64,000 nt of DNA from Bilabrum cf. latius (Eukaryota): the NCBI GenBank assembly GCA_965178125.1, contig OZ237768.1:682001-746000 (forward strand), given 5' to 3'. Position numbers and translations under genes: made by a program. The notes beneath the pieces were generated by a model, which saw only the letters and a program-made list of their open reading frames with translations, had not been told where the DNA came from and did not search any database. Below, piece after piece: positions 36,234-48,888 of the stretch (position 1 is the first letter of the stretch; every line of letters starts with the position of its first letter).

Positions 36234-39200
36234 CGCACAACTTTTGGTGATGACTCGAAACTGATGTGTTTGGTCTCAGCAGTAAAACTACACGTGATGG
36301 CCTTCTTCCGCTTAGATTCGATCCGTTGGGTGGCCGTTGAGACTCCGAGTCCGAGTCTCTTGCCTTGTTGTGGTCAAGTTGTGGTCGGCGCCGCGCCCAG
36401 GCAGCGGCGACGGGACCGATTTAAGTGCACGCAACTATTTCGGGGCTTTGGCCAAATCTGGAACCGCCCATTATCTTGGGTAATTTTGGTACAACGTGAT
36501 AATTAGTCCTATTAAATGATTTAATATGATAGTATCGTGTGATATTGGCTGTGGAAAATCCTGTTAGACATCGTGATGCGCACCAGTGATACCATGAAGG
36601 GTCAGTACTCCCTGTTGCTTGGGTGCGGCTACAAACATACACAAAGAGGGTTTTTGATCAAAACGCCTAGAATCGCACCCAAATCCAAGTAGCCATCGAC
36701 TGTGATATTATCTGGAAAACGTTTTTGGTTAGCGTCGTGCCAGGCCTTGCCAAAGGCAATATCGCACTGCCCTGTCCGGGACATTCATCCCCTGATTACA
36801 GGGCTCATAGGAGTTACTGCGCAAAATTGAGCCCGCAAATGTGTATTTGGATTTCATTTACATCCATTGTACCGGTATGCGTTAAATTGATCTCGTGCCG
36901 AACCGCCGGAACCGCACCGGGTCCGCGAAGTGGAATGCCTGGCGCGGCTGGGCTTCGTTCGAGCCGAACCAAAACGCCCCCTTCGAGCGCATGTCAGCCC
37001 GTAGAACCCCGTGACGGCTGAAGACGAAACCTCGAGACTACCCTCCCGGACCGCGTTGTCGCCGTTGCTATCTGCAATCCCTGCTCCTGTGCCTCGGCTG
37101 CGTCCTGCGCTTCCTGGTCCCCCAGCTCGTCTTCCTGTTCCTTCAGGTCGTCTTCGCCATCGCTGCCGTAGCGTTCAACCCCTTTCTTGTGCATGCCTGA
37201 CCGCAACCGTTTGCGTTTACTCCCTGCCGTGATGCTCAAGACCGCGCTTGGCTCGCCTGCTCCTCCCCCCCGCCCAGCGCTGCTTCTTTAATGTCTGCAG
37301 CCCGCCCTTTGCCCCCGCTTTTGGTCTTGCTCTTGCTCACGCCCTTCCACCCCCATGCCTTCTTGTCAGCGACGACAAATAGAAACGGCTCCAGGGACAG
37401 CTCCATCCAGCGTTCTCTACGACAGCCTCCAGCAAGTCTGCTCCAGCCAAACCGGAACAACCGCGAGGCCAGGTCCAGGATCTGATGCTCTCCCGCTTCT
37501 CTCTGTACTCGATAAGCAAAAAAGCGTCTCGGGCAGCATTCTTAGGCTCTGGCACCCCACTAGCGAACCGTCTCTCTCGGTTGGCCAGGATCCACAGCAC
37601 TGCATGCCAACGCTGCACCAACGACCCCACCGAGCAGGGCCGCGCAACCCTGGATCGAGCGACCTTCGCCGCTGGTTGGGCGAGGCTCTCCGCCAGAAAG
37701 TGAGCATACCGTTGCCATTGCTCGGCGCAGACGCTGGGCCGCCGGTCGCCTCACCTCGCATTCTGCCTCGCCACGGGCGCAGCACGAGCACCTCAGGTCG
37801 CCCTGGATCCCCTGCCACCCGGCCCGGTGGTCCAGGTCCCGGAGCCGACCGCGCGGTGCCACAGCTCAACAGCTGCTTTCTAGTTCTCACTGCATCATTT
37901 AGATGCCTCATACTTTCCTTGGATGTTTCGCATAGCTGCAGAACGAGCGATGAAGTAGCCACGGTCGCACATGCAGAGGCTGCCGCAGATATGCCACCAA
38001 GCTATAGATGAACTCCTGCAAGCGCCAATGCCACATTTTTAGGTGTCCAGCTAGTGATACAGACTTACAGGACACGAAGGTATGCAGAGGTAGGCCTCTT
38101 GCCGCGCACGTCCGCCAGTGCAGCGGCCGCCAGAGACAATGCGCATGCGTATGCGACTGCGCATCGGGCCTCCTCAAGGTAATTTTGCTGCTGCTAGACA
38201 ATTGCCTCCTCCTTCAGCTTATACTAGCGTTGCTACGTCCGTGAATCCAGTTTTAGAGGCTGACCGTCCAAACCTAAGGACCTGTCCGGTTGGCCTACTC
38301 GATCTCTTGCCTTGATCGAGGTGGATTACGTCTGCGAAACTCATTGGAACAGAGCCGTAGCACGTAATCTACAAATAATTTAAAGATAGCGCCATCAACG
38401 TCGCCAAATATGCATATTTATCGATCATATCAACCAAAATCTGTAAAGCGCACCACCATCTTTGAAGCCCATTTGCAAAAATACGCCATCTTGAATTTCG
38501 CTCAAAATCTATCAAACGGAAGAAAACCGTACAATATTGCAGTACACGGACGGAGAAAGTGTGCAATTGGATCGTGGGCACGCCAAGACCCCATGAGGAG
38601 ACCCTCATTCGGCTGCTACAATCAGCACAGCGCCCATATACACTCAAGGAAGACAAAAATTGCGCGAAACGCTGTATATTCCGATTCAATTCATGCAATT
38701 CTACGCAAAACATAGAGAAAACAATGCAAAAGCTGCCCAGGTACTGATTTCGGCTCTGCCAGAAAGCTCGCTCGGGAGTGCTACACGTACCACCCGATGC
38801 ACCATCCATTTTTCAAGATCCGACATAAATAACCCCAAAATATGATATAATGTACAACTCTGTCTGACATAAAAATGGCGGTTTTTGAGATATTGCCTAA
38901 ATCTCGAGAAAATCGCGATTGAGTGCCAGGCGAGCAGCGCCTCACCTTGTCGGACGGGCCAGTAGAGCTACTTGCCGGATCCATGACCTCGGATCCAGCG
39001 GACCAATCGAATTCAATAATCAATTCAATGGTATTGGCATACTCTCGAAAGAATGCATTCAGTGGGAGCCGAGAAAAGTGGCTGTAAAAAATCCGGAACC
39101 CTCTCCCGTCGCCGCTGCCTGGGCGCGGCGCCGACCATTGGTTCATTGCATGTGCTTTCGCCGTCTTGTTCGCTCGCAGAGGCGCGCCCAGTTTAAATTG

Positions 39201-39515
39201 CGTTACCCCAGAGCATCGATGGGCTGGATCTGTTCGCCGCAAGAAATATGCGGAAGATCTACGTGATCGCAGGTGGTTCTCCAACGCGGCAGCGGCCATC
39301 TCGAAGAGGCAGCGGGTCCGAATCGCCGCAGCAGCAGCACATTTGTGCGGTATATTGGTGTTTCACCACACATGGGCTGCTTTGTTTTGTGATACACCTA
39401 AGCCATCTTGTTGCGCTTGTCGCGACACGTTCTTCGTGCCTAATAATGCGGGAGGGCGCACCTGGCCTAGCAGTACGGCTTGTGGAGCATACCACACGGG
39501 CAGTATATGTCGAAA

Positions 39516-41609
39516 TCAGCTCTTAACCGCCGCCTGTCTCTCCCGTAGTCGTTGCCCCGCTCCCTCCCCCCCTGAGTCGCCAGCACGGCGCCTTCCATGC
39601 TCCCTGCCCTCGTCCCCGTCCCCGTCACGCTCGGACTCGGCCCCCACCCCACCAGTGGCACCGTTAGTGATGCAACTGCTAGCATGGCCACCGGCATCAT
39701 GGTGATCTTGCTGTTGGGGACGCACAGCCGCCGATCCCCGTTCCTTCTCTCCTGCGTCCTCCCCCTCCTGCCCCTCTGCCCGCCCAACCTTCCACCGGTC
39801 CAGACTCAGTTCCCCCAGCCAGTCGAACCAAGACCCCGCCACCAGGATCCACACTAGCCCGATCACCGTCACTGCAAGCACCACTGCGGCATACCCGTCC
39901 TGCCTCTCCACGCACTCCCCGCCCGCCTGCACGCACCTGCGACGGTCCACTGCAGTCGCGCAGGACAGCTCGTGCCCGCTCTGCCCCACCACAGGGTCTC
40001 CACCCCCCGTGCCTCCCTGGACCCGCAGACAGGGGTGTTCCTCCAGTCGGTCCATGCCCTGGAGGGCCAGGGGGAGTGGCCACATGACTCCCAGGTTGGT
40101 GACGGTGTTGAGCATGGTCATGTACGTCCCGCCCACTGCCTCGTCTGCCACGGTCGAGTAGAAGGCCATCTGACTCACGAACATGAGGTACATGACCAGC
40201 CGCCAGCCCACCAGCAGCACCACCAGCGCCACCCACCACCACCAAGGAGCCGCGGCGGCAGGACCCTCAGCCGGGTCATGCTCGGCGCCAATGCCCTCCC
40301 CCGGCCCCCAGAGCCAAGTGGCCAGCTGTCCCCCGTGCAGAAGGTGCACCAGCACCACCAGGGCCACGTTGAGCACCAGCCGCGTCTGATAGCACGTCTT
40401 CCACACGCTAATGCCCGCCGTCCCCGCCACGACTCCCGACATGATCATGGTCCACGCGATGTCCACGGGGGCCAGCAGCGAGTTCATGCGCACCACCCAC
40501 CCCTCCGACACCCCTTTGCTCAGCAGCTCCAGGTCAGTGCCACCGTCGCCGCTGAACGCAACCCGCCCCGTGATCAGCAGCAGCCCCAGTACCTGCACGG
40601 TGGGCAGCCGCAGCATCCTTAGCATGGATGCATAGGCCCCAGACATGGCCGCCCAGGCACTCACCTGCACGCGCCCGTCCTCCCGCACCATGCCCGCCTC
40701 CCGGAGCGCCTCGTTGGCCTGTTCCTCTGTTTCTGCCCCGCATCCAAGCGCCATGGCCGCCAGAAACACGGTGGGTGTGGGTGCCTCTGGCTGCATCCAG
40801 CCCACGAGAGGTGTCACTGCCAGGAAGAGGATACCCACGCCCAGCAGGAACTGGCCCGTTGACACGATGGCGCCAGCCCCGGGAACGCCCTCCGGCCGCA
40901 GAGATGTCTCGGGAAACCACTGGGCGCACGTGGTTGGGTCCGTGACAGCGAGCAGCAGGGTCTGCGTGAGGATGACGCCGATGGTCTGGCCCACCACGTT
41001 GCAAGAGGCTGCCAGGCTGCGGGTGGCGGGGGACAGCAGCGTCAGTGCCCAGCCGTCTACGGCAATATCCTGAGTGGCAGCAAGCAGGTAGAGCACAAAG
41101 AACACGCCTGTCAACCAGGGCACGTTGATGCCTTCGGTGTCGGTCCCAAGCTGCGCGTCGATCCCCAGCCCTGCGTACAACATGACCACTCCTGTCAGCA
41201 TCTGGGCGGGCAAAATCCAAGATTTCCGCCGGCCCATACTTTTAATCCAAATAGCATCCACGACTGGTGCCCATAGAATCTTGATCGAGTAAGGCCATGA
41301 CGCGAGGCTGAATGTGCCCTTGGCGCCGAACCCCAAACCTTCTCTTTGCAATAGAATTGGAATGGCAGATGCTAGCCCCATGGGAAGACCTTGCATCACG
41401 TAAAGCAATAATAAAATAAAAAGCTTGAAGCCATCGTTGTACATTTGATTCCACGTTGGCGAGCTATGGGAGGTGGCCTTATCATTTTGCTCATGGCCAC
41501 GTGTCGATTCGGCTTCCCCGCGCCCCTCCGTGCGAGACCTCGACATAGAATCAGACTGCTTCCTACGTCGTAGCGACTGCTCAGGCAGCGAATCCGACCT
41601 TGTCTGCAT
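39516..41609 (-). CDS. SLC33A1: Acetyl-CoA transporter AT-1 (SLC33A1/AmpG-like MFS)
   Basis: LLLYVMQGLPMGLA, WPYSIKILWAPVVDA, GRRKSWILPAQ, AATQDIAVDGWALTLL, GGTYMTMLNTVTNLG. Uninterrupted ORF ending TGA. Start is 41609 or the next Met. Confidence 0.93.
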   Translation of the reverse strand: MQTRSDSLPEQSLRRRKQSDSMSRSRTEGRGEAESTRGHEQNDKATSHSSPTWNQMYNDGFKLFILLLLYVMQGLPMGLASAIPILLQREGLGFGAKGTFSLASWPYSIKILWAPVVDAIWIKSMGRRKSWILPAQMLTGVVMLYAGLGIDAQLGTDTEGINVPWLTGVFFVLYLLAATQDIAVDGWALTLLSPATRSLAASCNVVGQTIGVILTQTLLLAVTDPTTCAQWFPETSLRPEGVPGAGAIVSTGQFLLGVGILFLAVTPLVGWMQPEAPTPTVFLAAMALGCGAETEEQANEALREAGMVREDGRVQVSAWAAMSGAYASMLRMLRLPTVQVLGLLLITGRVAFSGDGGTDLELLSKGVSEGWVVRMNSLLAPVDIAWTMIMSGVVAGTAGISVWKTCYQTRLVLNVALVVLVHLLHGGQLATWLWGPGEGIGAEHDPAEGPAAAAPWWWWVALVVLLVGWRLVMYLMFVSQMAFYSTVADEAVGGTYMTMLNTVTNLGVMWPLPLALQGMDRLEEHPCLRVQGGTGGGDPVVGQSGHELSCATAVDRRRCVQAGGECVERQDGYAAVVLAVTVIGLVWILVAGSWFDWLGELSLDRWKVGRAEGQEGEDAGEKERGSAAVRPQQQDHHDAGGHASSCITNGATGGVGAESERDGDGDEGREHGRRRAGDSGGEGAGQRLRERQAAVKS

Positions 41610-42616
41610 CGAGAGACACGAGCAGCGTCTGTAGAGAGACTTCAGCAGCTCGCCAGGACACTCAATCTGCACTTAGATGCCGTATCTCACCACAGAAGGC
41701 ATTCAATTCAACTCTGATTTCCGGTTCGAGACCGAACACTCCGATAGACTAGTCTGCGAGCGAACGAACGAAGCTTGAATGTCCACCGCAGTGGAGAGAG
41801 TCGTGGGCATCCTTTCGACTTCCGGTTTTTCGTCGTTCTGACCACCGCCGCGTGGCACCGCGGATGGAGAGATGAGGTGGATTCAATGGCGATTCGCTTC
41901 TGCAGACTTGCTTAGGAATGATTCCGCTGGTAACCTCAACACGGTGGGATGCGCGGGCATGCAATGGAAGTCAGCTGCTGACGTGGCTTTCCCAACTTGG
42001 AGGAGACTGGCTCAGTTCGAAGCGATGGTACGACGCGAGCTAGTTAAGCGGAGTTCGTACTGCTGTATGCATGTATCGGTTGTCTAATTGCCATGCGATG
42101 AATTTCTGCCTCTTGGGGCCAGGTCTGTAAGGTGCACGGCACTGGGTTCGCAGCAGCAGCCGGTCTCTACCAGCCAGAAGATAGAAGTAGTCGCCCGGAC
42201 AGAGAAGGCCATGCCATCCGTAGGGTCCATGCTCACCACTTCAAGCGATCTACCAGCACTTCTGTACAATAGTGATGCCAGAGCAAGCTGACCATGCCGG
42301 CCGCGGTTGGCGGTTCGGTGGCACCGTCAGTCAGATGCACAGACTTGAACAAGCTCACAAATAGAAGTCAATGCCCTCAATGTGATGATTTTGCCCGTTG
42401 GTGAGGCCATCCTAACGCTCTACAAATACCTGCAGTCGCCGAAGTCTGCATTTCTCACCCCATCCCACTCTAGCACGGCCACGTGATCGTCGCCTGTCCT
42501 AGCTGCAACCTGCATGTATCCTAAGCCGCAAGTGTCGCACCATGGACGCTGAACCCGAGTTTAGTAAATGTAGTCCACCCACAGTCTGATACTTGCTCGT
42601 CTAGGGAATACAATGT

Positions 42617-43026
42617 TTACTTCTTGCCCTTGCCTTTTCCTGCTGCTTTCTTGCCCTTCTTTGCCTCCTTGGGGTCTACGCCAGCCGCTTTCAACGCGGC
42701 TTTTCTGGCAATCTTCTCTTGCAACGCCTTCGCATCCCTGCAAGCAATAGATCTAGGACAAGAAAGACCGGCAACACGATGCATCAGTGAATCAAAACGC
42801 TGTAGCCATGCCTTGGCAATTCCAGCTCACGCCTCTTTTTTGGCCAGGCCACCTCCTGTGGACTTTACTTTCGTATGCTTGGCTGCGCGCTTCTGTGCGC
42901 GCGCTCGATCAGTTTCACCTGCAAAAAGGGAGAATGCCAAAACTATAGACAAACCAGCATCAAAGAGCGTACTAAACAGCAAGTAGCATCCTAGCATAGA
43001 ATCTCACGCTAGTTTCCTCTCGACAT
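42617..43026 (-). CDS. SERF: Small EDRK-rich factor (SERF/4F5 family)
   Basis: Not recovered by the ORF track. Three exons, with introns 43007-42919 and 42830-42738 (GTGAG...TGCAG). Product: MSRGN[TAG]RETDRARAQKRAAKHTKVKSTGGGLAKKEADAKALQEKIARKAALK...KGKGKK-TAA. Matches the SERF MxRGNQR...DA..(M/L)xEK pattern. Confidence 0.88.
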
Positions 43027-43637
43027 GGCTGTAACCAAGTGCGGGCTGTCCTTAAGGCCTGCTGAGTGTGTCGCCTCGTGGCAGAGCGCCAGCAGCGTCG
43101 AGCCGTTCAACAAGTTGCGACCAACTGCGACCTTCTCTCGCACTGCCAAGTCTAGGCCCACAAGGCCGCAGACGGCTGTAGGCACTCTCTTTTTGAAGTC
43201 ATCGCGACTTTGTAAGGTAATTGTACCATATATTCGGTGAGGACTCCCATGATCTGTCACAAAGCATCCCATTGAGTGCTCGCCTGTCACGAACGATAAC
43301 TCTCCAAAACGCTTCATTTTGATGTTCTTGCTGCCAGGCGTGTAGATCTTCATCTATAACAAATACTTTGGTTCTTTCAATTAAGTCTTTTCGTGTTGGA
43401 TGGCTGCACTTTGGCAGATTTTCCTCGCAATTGCCGGCCGTACCGCGTCTCAACATAGAAACGTTCGCCGTGCGTTGTCGCCGTAATCGGTTGACCATAA
43501 TTCGTATGACTCTCGAATTTGATTTTTCGTTTGACCGCCCACAGATTGGACTGGTGCTGTAGGATTAAAAGGCAAGTATTGGGAGCCTAAGTGCATTCCG
43601 CTAATCTGCCGATCGCTGGCAGAGGCAGGGGTGCGTC

Positions 43638-46600
43638 ATGGAATCCAAGAGCGCCCCAGCTCCTCCTAAACCATAGAGGCCTAAACGTGGCTCTATCTTA
43701 AAAGGAGGGAAGCAGAGGGGAAGTCGTAGATCGGTCTCAGATCAGGTTCACGGCACACCATCTGCTGGCCTAACTCACACGGAACTCTCTGGCGGTGGAC
43801 CGACACTTCCTTCCCTTCCTCAGTCTAGAATGACTGCAGACATCACTAAGCCTCGTCGGGCATCTAGACGTCGCTCTGGAAGCGTCAGTAGAGGCAACCA
43901 AGACGGTGAACCGGAGCGAGCCGGTGCCACTCTGCCGAGTACGAGTCAGGCCGCATCGCAGCGTGGCCTGACGAGAAAGGATGCCGTAAATGCTTTCTTA
44001 CATCCTGTAGGTGCCACGAGCAGCGGGGGGATGGGCGGGCGGCGGTCCTCGGCCCCGTCGATGGGAAGACCGAGCAAGGGAACCGGTGTGATGAGTGCGC
44101 TCGGCAAGACTCCCATGTTTGCCTCGGACGGTATCGAGGAGGATGACACCACGGAGATGGATGAGGAGGAGAAGAAACTGTTCGATAGGGCCAAGGCGTG
44201 GCGCCGCAGAAGGCGATCAGATGCGGATGCCATTGAGCTGTCCCGCGCGCTGAGTCGGCACGGCTTGTTCTCCCAGGTGGGCGCTCCCAACCTCGAGGCG
44301 CTCACCAGCAGGGAAGAGGAGGGTCATGGGGGTGCCATTGACGGGGGGGTGCATGGCAGGGAGCCCAGCAGCCCCTCCCGCAGCATGACCGACGACTTGG
44401 TTGCCTCCGTGCCGTCGAGCAGTACTGCGGCGGGCTCGGTGCAGGCCCCCCAGGGGGTCAGTCCCGTGAAAGGGGGGGCTTTGGCGCAGTGGAGTCGCCG
44501 AGCCCTGGGTGTATCAGGCGGCAACAAGGCCTCATTGATGCAGCAGAGCCACGAGTTGCTAGAGGGAGAAGAGGGCGACATCAAGGGGGCTGCTGGCAAG
44601 GGGGTCAAGTCGCCGCCACCGCCCCCACCAGGCAGACGAGCCAGAAAGCGCCGAGCCTCCGCTGGTTCCGTGGATGTCAGTAGCATGGGAATTACAGGAA
44701 ACAAGAAAGGGGGCATCAGTGGGGACGGATTCGGGGGCAGCAGGTCCCGTCGCCCCACTCTGCAGAGAGACAACTTGCAGGCGCTGGGTGCCTCGCTGGT
44801 CACGCTCAGGAGGAGGGCCAAGCGGATGCGCAGGGGCAGCAAGAGGAGGAGGAGAAGCAGCATCGCTGGCGGGAGGCGCAAGCACCCCCGCATCGCGGAC
44901 ATCGTGCTACAGGCCTGGGAGGCAAACAAAGTGGCATTCACAACGGCGGCCATCTGCTGCCCGTGCTACATGTGCACCAACCCGCCCATCCGAGTGTGCA
45001 TTAGGTCCATCATCGGGTCCCTGCCGTACATCATCTTCAACATCCTCATGGTGGTGTGGGTGCTGGTGGCTGGCGACCTGCTTGCCGCCTTCTTGCCAAA
45101 GAGCTGGGACCCCTATTTCGAGGCGGTGTTTGCGGTGGCTTTCTTGGCCTTCTTGGTGGACATCGTGCTGGCCTCTTCGCTCGATCGGAAAGTGGTGTAT
45201 GGGTTCTTCTGGTGGCTGGACGTGCTGGCCATGCTGTCGCTCATCTTCGAGCTGCCCACAGCCTCAAGGTGGATCTTCGGGGCTGACCTGTCGGCCATCG
45301 AGGGGCAAGACGCTTCTGTGGGGGCGTTCACCCAGGGGCTGAGGGGGGCCACCAGGGTAGGGCGGTTCGTGCGCATTTTCAGGCTATTCAAGCTGAGCAG
45401 GAAGGTGCAAAAACCGGACTGGATGCGAAAAATGGTGGGGGTGGACGACAGCGACGAGGAGGAGAGCGACTTCAGCGACAGCGACGAGTACTCGGACGAG
45501 GAGGAGGGCAGGTCCGAGGAGGAGATAGAGACAGTGGCCACCCTGGGGGAGCTGGCGACGGATGGGGAGGGGCTGAGGCTGAACCGGTTGCCCACTGGCG
45601 GCAGCGGCGAGGAGCATAAGGCGGGTGTGACGCGAGAGAACGTAAGCCGCCCTGTTGCTGTCACCCCTTTCTCGGGGCAGGGCAAGGGTATCTCGGGCGA
45701 GGTGTCGTCCGAGCTGCTGCCGGCAGCAGTGCAGAGGCAGGACAGCGGTTCTAATGATCCGCCTGCACTGTTCGCGCGGCAGGGTTCCAAGCGAGGGAAG
45801 GGCAAGAAGAGGCGGGGGGAGGACAAGTCTACCGAGCGAACCCGGCTGCTGGGCCCCCGCTCGGGGGACATCATGCTGCTGGACCCAGGGGACGGGCTGG
45901 GGTCGTTCGACCTGCTGGGGGCGGCGCTGTTGCCGACCACCTCGTCTCGCAGGAACATGCAGGGCAAGGTCAGGCGGGGCCGCAGCAGGCGGGACAAGCC
46001 CTCCGCAGTGGCCCCTTTCAGCGAGGGGGGAGACATGCAGGCCGGCTCGCTCAAGCAGGCCCTGGCCCAGCCCAGCGGAGAGACGGATCTCGCCGCGCTG
46101 GACGACCTCTCGGACCTCCGAGATCTGGACCAGCTGCTGCACGTGGTCAAGACCGGGTCGCCCTAGGTCCCCGACAGGGAGCTGGGGCTGGCGGCTGGCT
46201 CCAGCGCGGACGCAGCGAATGCTCGTGGGAGGGCTACCGACAAGTATGGCACTGAAGCAGAGAGCCAAGCCGGCGTGGGTGACCCCGGGAAAGTAGTGGT
46301 CATTGCAGACACACACGAGTCCGGAGGTGCTGGCCCGCAGCAGCAGAAGCAGCAGGAGTAGTAGTAGGATCCAGTGACAGACGCATCCAGTGCGCCGCTC
46401 GCCTCCCTGGCATCCGGCACGCCTCCTCGCCGGGTGCGGCCCGTGGTGAGGGCCGTGTCTGTCCAGTCGAGCAGTGCTTCAGAGTCCTCTGGGGGCACTG
46501 GTCGGTCATCCGCAGCGAGCAGTGCGGGCGGAGCAGATGCCGAGGGGAAGGTGGCAGCCGCTGATGAATGTGAGGATGATGGACAAGATGCACCGGCGGC

Positions 46601-48713
46601 TGGCAGTCGCCCCCAGCGCCGCATGAGTCACTTGAGGGTACAGACCCAGCCGCCTAGCGACCCCAAGTCCCAGGTGGACAGCCGTGCCTCCGAGGGCATG
46701 GAGATGGACCGGCCGAAGGGACTGACAACTGCGCAGCACGCTTGGGAGCACAGCGCGGGCAGGATCGTCACCCCGATGTTCTCCGAGCGGGCTGAGTCGG
46801 GGGGCTAGATCGCCCTCCAGACCCCGCAGGCCAACGCTATCCCCGAGGTGGTGGAGGAGAGGGACAGCGAGTCACCGCAGGCCAGGACCCCATTCGCGGG
46901 TGCCGGGCCCTCCGAGGCAGAAGGCAACCGCCGGTGGAGCGTCACCTCGCAGGAAGCCGACGCGATCGCCAGGCGGGCAGTGGCGCAGCTGCATGGGTCC
47001 GATGCTGATGCGCTGCCGGATGGGCCCAGCAACAAGGCCGCATTTGCCGGTGGGGGTGGGGGCGGCAAGCGCGTGTTCCGGAAGAGCTTCCGCACGCGCG
47101 TGCGAGACAAGGTGCGAGCAGTGGGCCAGCAGCGCATGGACGGGGAAGATGAGAAGGGCAAGGGGTCGCCGCGGAAGAAGGCCGCAGGTGCGAGGCTGCT
47201 CCGGGCGGACGACTCGGGCGACGAGGACAACAGCATGTCGCAGGGCAAGTCGGCCGTGGGCAGGCGCATCTCTGATCTGATTCGCCTCAAGGTGATGGTG
47301 GGCGTGATGGTGATTTTAGTGGTGGTCGGACTGCTCAACGTGCAGGAACCTTCCCTCGAAAGGCAGCGCGTGCTCGAGTCGCTCTGTGCCGCCCGCGGGG
47401 CAGTGGGCAGCGAGCAGGACGCTCTGCTGGTGGAGGAAGCCGCGGCCCGGTTCATGACAGCCGGCGAGCAAGAGATCCAAGACCGCGAGTTCGTCCCGCT
47501 CGACGTGGAGCAGGCGGCGGCAACTGCAGCCGCAGCGTCCTCGTCCACCTGCGGGCAGTCGTGCGCAGATGCAGTGGGCACAGCAGTGGCCGGGCTGGTC
47601 CGCAGCAACTCGACTGCCGTGGCGGGCGCGCTGCTGGCCAGCACCGGGTTGAGCGCAAGGACCGTGGGAGGCACTGGAGAGGCCGCCACACCCACGAGCC
47701 TGCCCGCAGACGCGCTGTCCCCGCTCAGCATGGGCTACCTGGTGCAGCTGCAGATGGTGCTGCTGGCGCACCCCGAGATCGTGGCTCTGCGGGTGGACGA
47801 GAGCACTGTGCTGCAGAGGAACGGCAGGAGGTCCGAGCTGCGGGACACCGAGATCGTGGAGGTGTACGCAGATGCGACCACTCCGGCGGTGGACCCGGCG
47901 GTTAGCTCCGCTTGGCTGCGGCAGTATCAGCAGAGCGGCGGGTCTGTCCCGTCCTGGGGGGTGGGGCCCTCGCTGGCACTGGCCAGGCGCATCTCCGCGT
48001 GGGCCGAGTTCGACGATTCGAGGCGGGTGCGCACTGCGAGCATCTGGCAGTTCGTGCAGACGAACGCCATCATCCTGCTGCTGGCCGTGCAGGCCGCCCT
48101 GCTGACGAGGGACGTGCACCGGCTGCTGGTGCGGCCCATCGAGAGGCTGGCGGAGCACCTTCGGCCGGTGCTGTCGGACGCCATCCGGTTCTTGAGCGAG
48201 GACGGGAACCGCTGGAACGTGGAGATCGGCAAGCAGGACGGGGAGGAGCTGAGCACCAAGCTGATGCTAGCTGCCATCGAGAGCCTGAGGGCGCAGATGA
48301 AGGACGACGCCAAGAAGAGGTTCGACAGGAAGTCTCTGTTCCACGGGCTGAGGAGGCAGTCGGCCAAGGTGGGCGGCATGAAGACCATGTTCGAGGGTCT
48401 GCACCGCGCCTCGGTGGCCTCTGCCACGACCATGAGCAAGGCTTCGAGGAACAAAGGGCTCACCAGCACCAACAGCAAGGCGGATAGCGAGGCCATGGCG
48501 GCTGGGGGGATCTAGAGTCCCTCCGGGAAGTCCATGCGCCGCACCCGCAGCGGGAAGTCCGTCAAGCGCGTGCGGTCAGGCAAGCCAGGCTCCAGGCGGA
48601 AGTCGCAGCAGGAGGGCTCTCCCAATGCTGCCGGCAGCCCGAGCAAGGGTGCTTCGCGCCCGCCCAGGCACGAGAGGACCACAACTGATACATCTACAGT
48701 GGATGGGACCTAA
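43638..48713 (+). CDS. Voltage-sensor/ion-channel-like membrane protein resembling the membrane domain of protozoan channel-adenylyl cyclases, no recognisable catalytic domain, about 1690 aa
   Basis: One frame with seven TAGs, ending TAA 48711-48713. S1-S3-like helices with FFWWLDVLAMLSLI, S4-like RGATRVGRFVRIFRLFKL, then SAVGRRISDLIRLKVMVGVMVIL and FDDSRR...LLTRDVHRLLVRPIERL. Confidence 0.7.
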
Positions 48714-48888
48714 TTGGACCATCAATAGAATGCGTTTCCTGTCGATTAGGGTGTAGCAGTTCCGGTTATTTGGTGGACTTTGCTTGCGGCTGGCTTTTCT
48801 CAACCACACTCCGACCATCCAATAGATACCGGCACAGCTTGTATAACTACATGTCGTGAAATACGTATTGCTGATACTCTGTTGCAAA

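Noticed and set aside
41700-42560. Possible gene between SLC33A1 and SERF
   Set aside because: I found no long frame even with TAG=Gln and no recognisable motif, so it is left unannotated.
42617-42920. Ribosomal protein eL24-like Lys/Ala-rich tail
   Set aside because: Splicing to the upstream MSRGN exon gives a much better SERF/4F5 match, and no eL24 N-terminal motif is present.
43199-43498. 99-aa minus-strand ORF
   Set aside because: No recognisable motif or other support.
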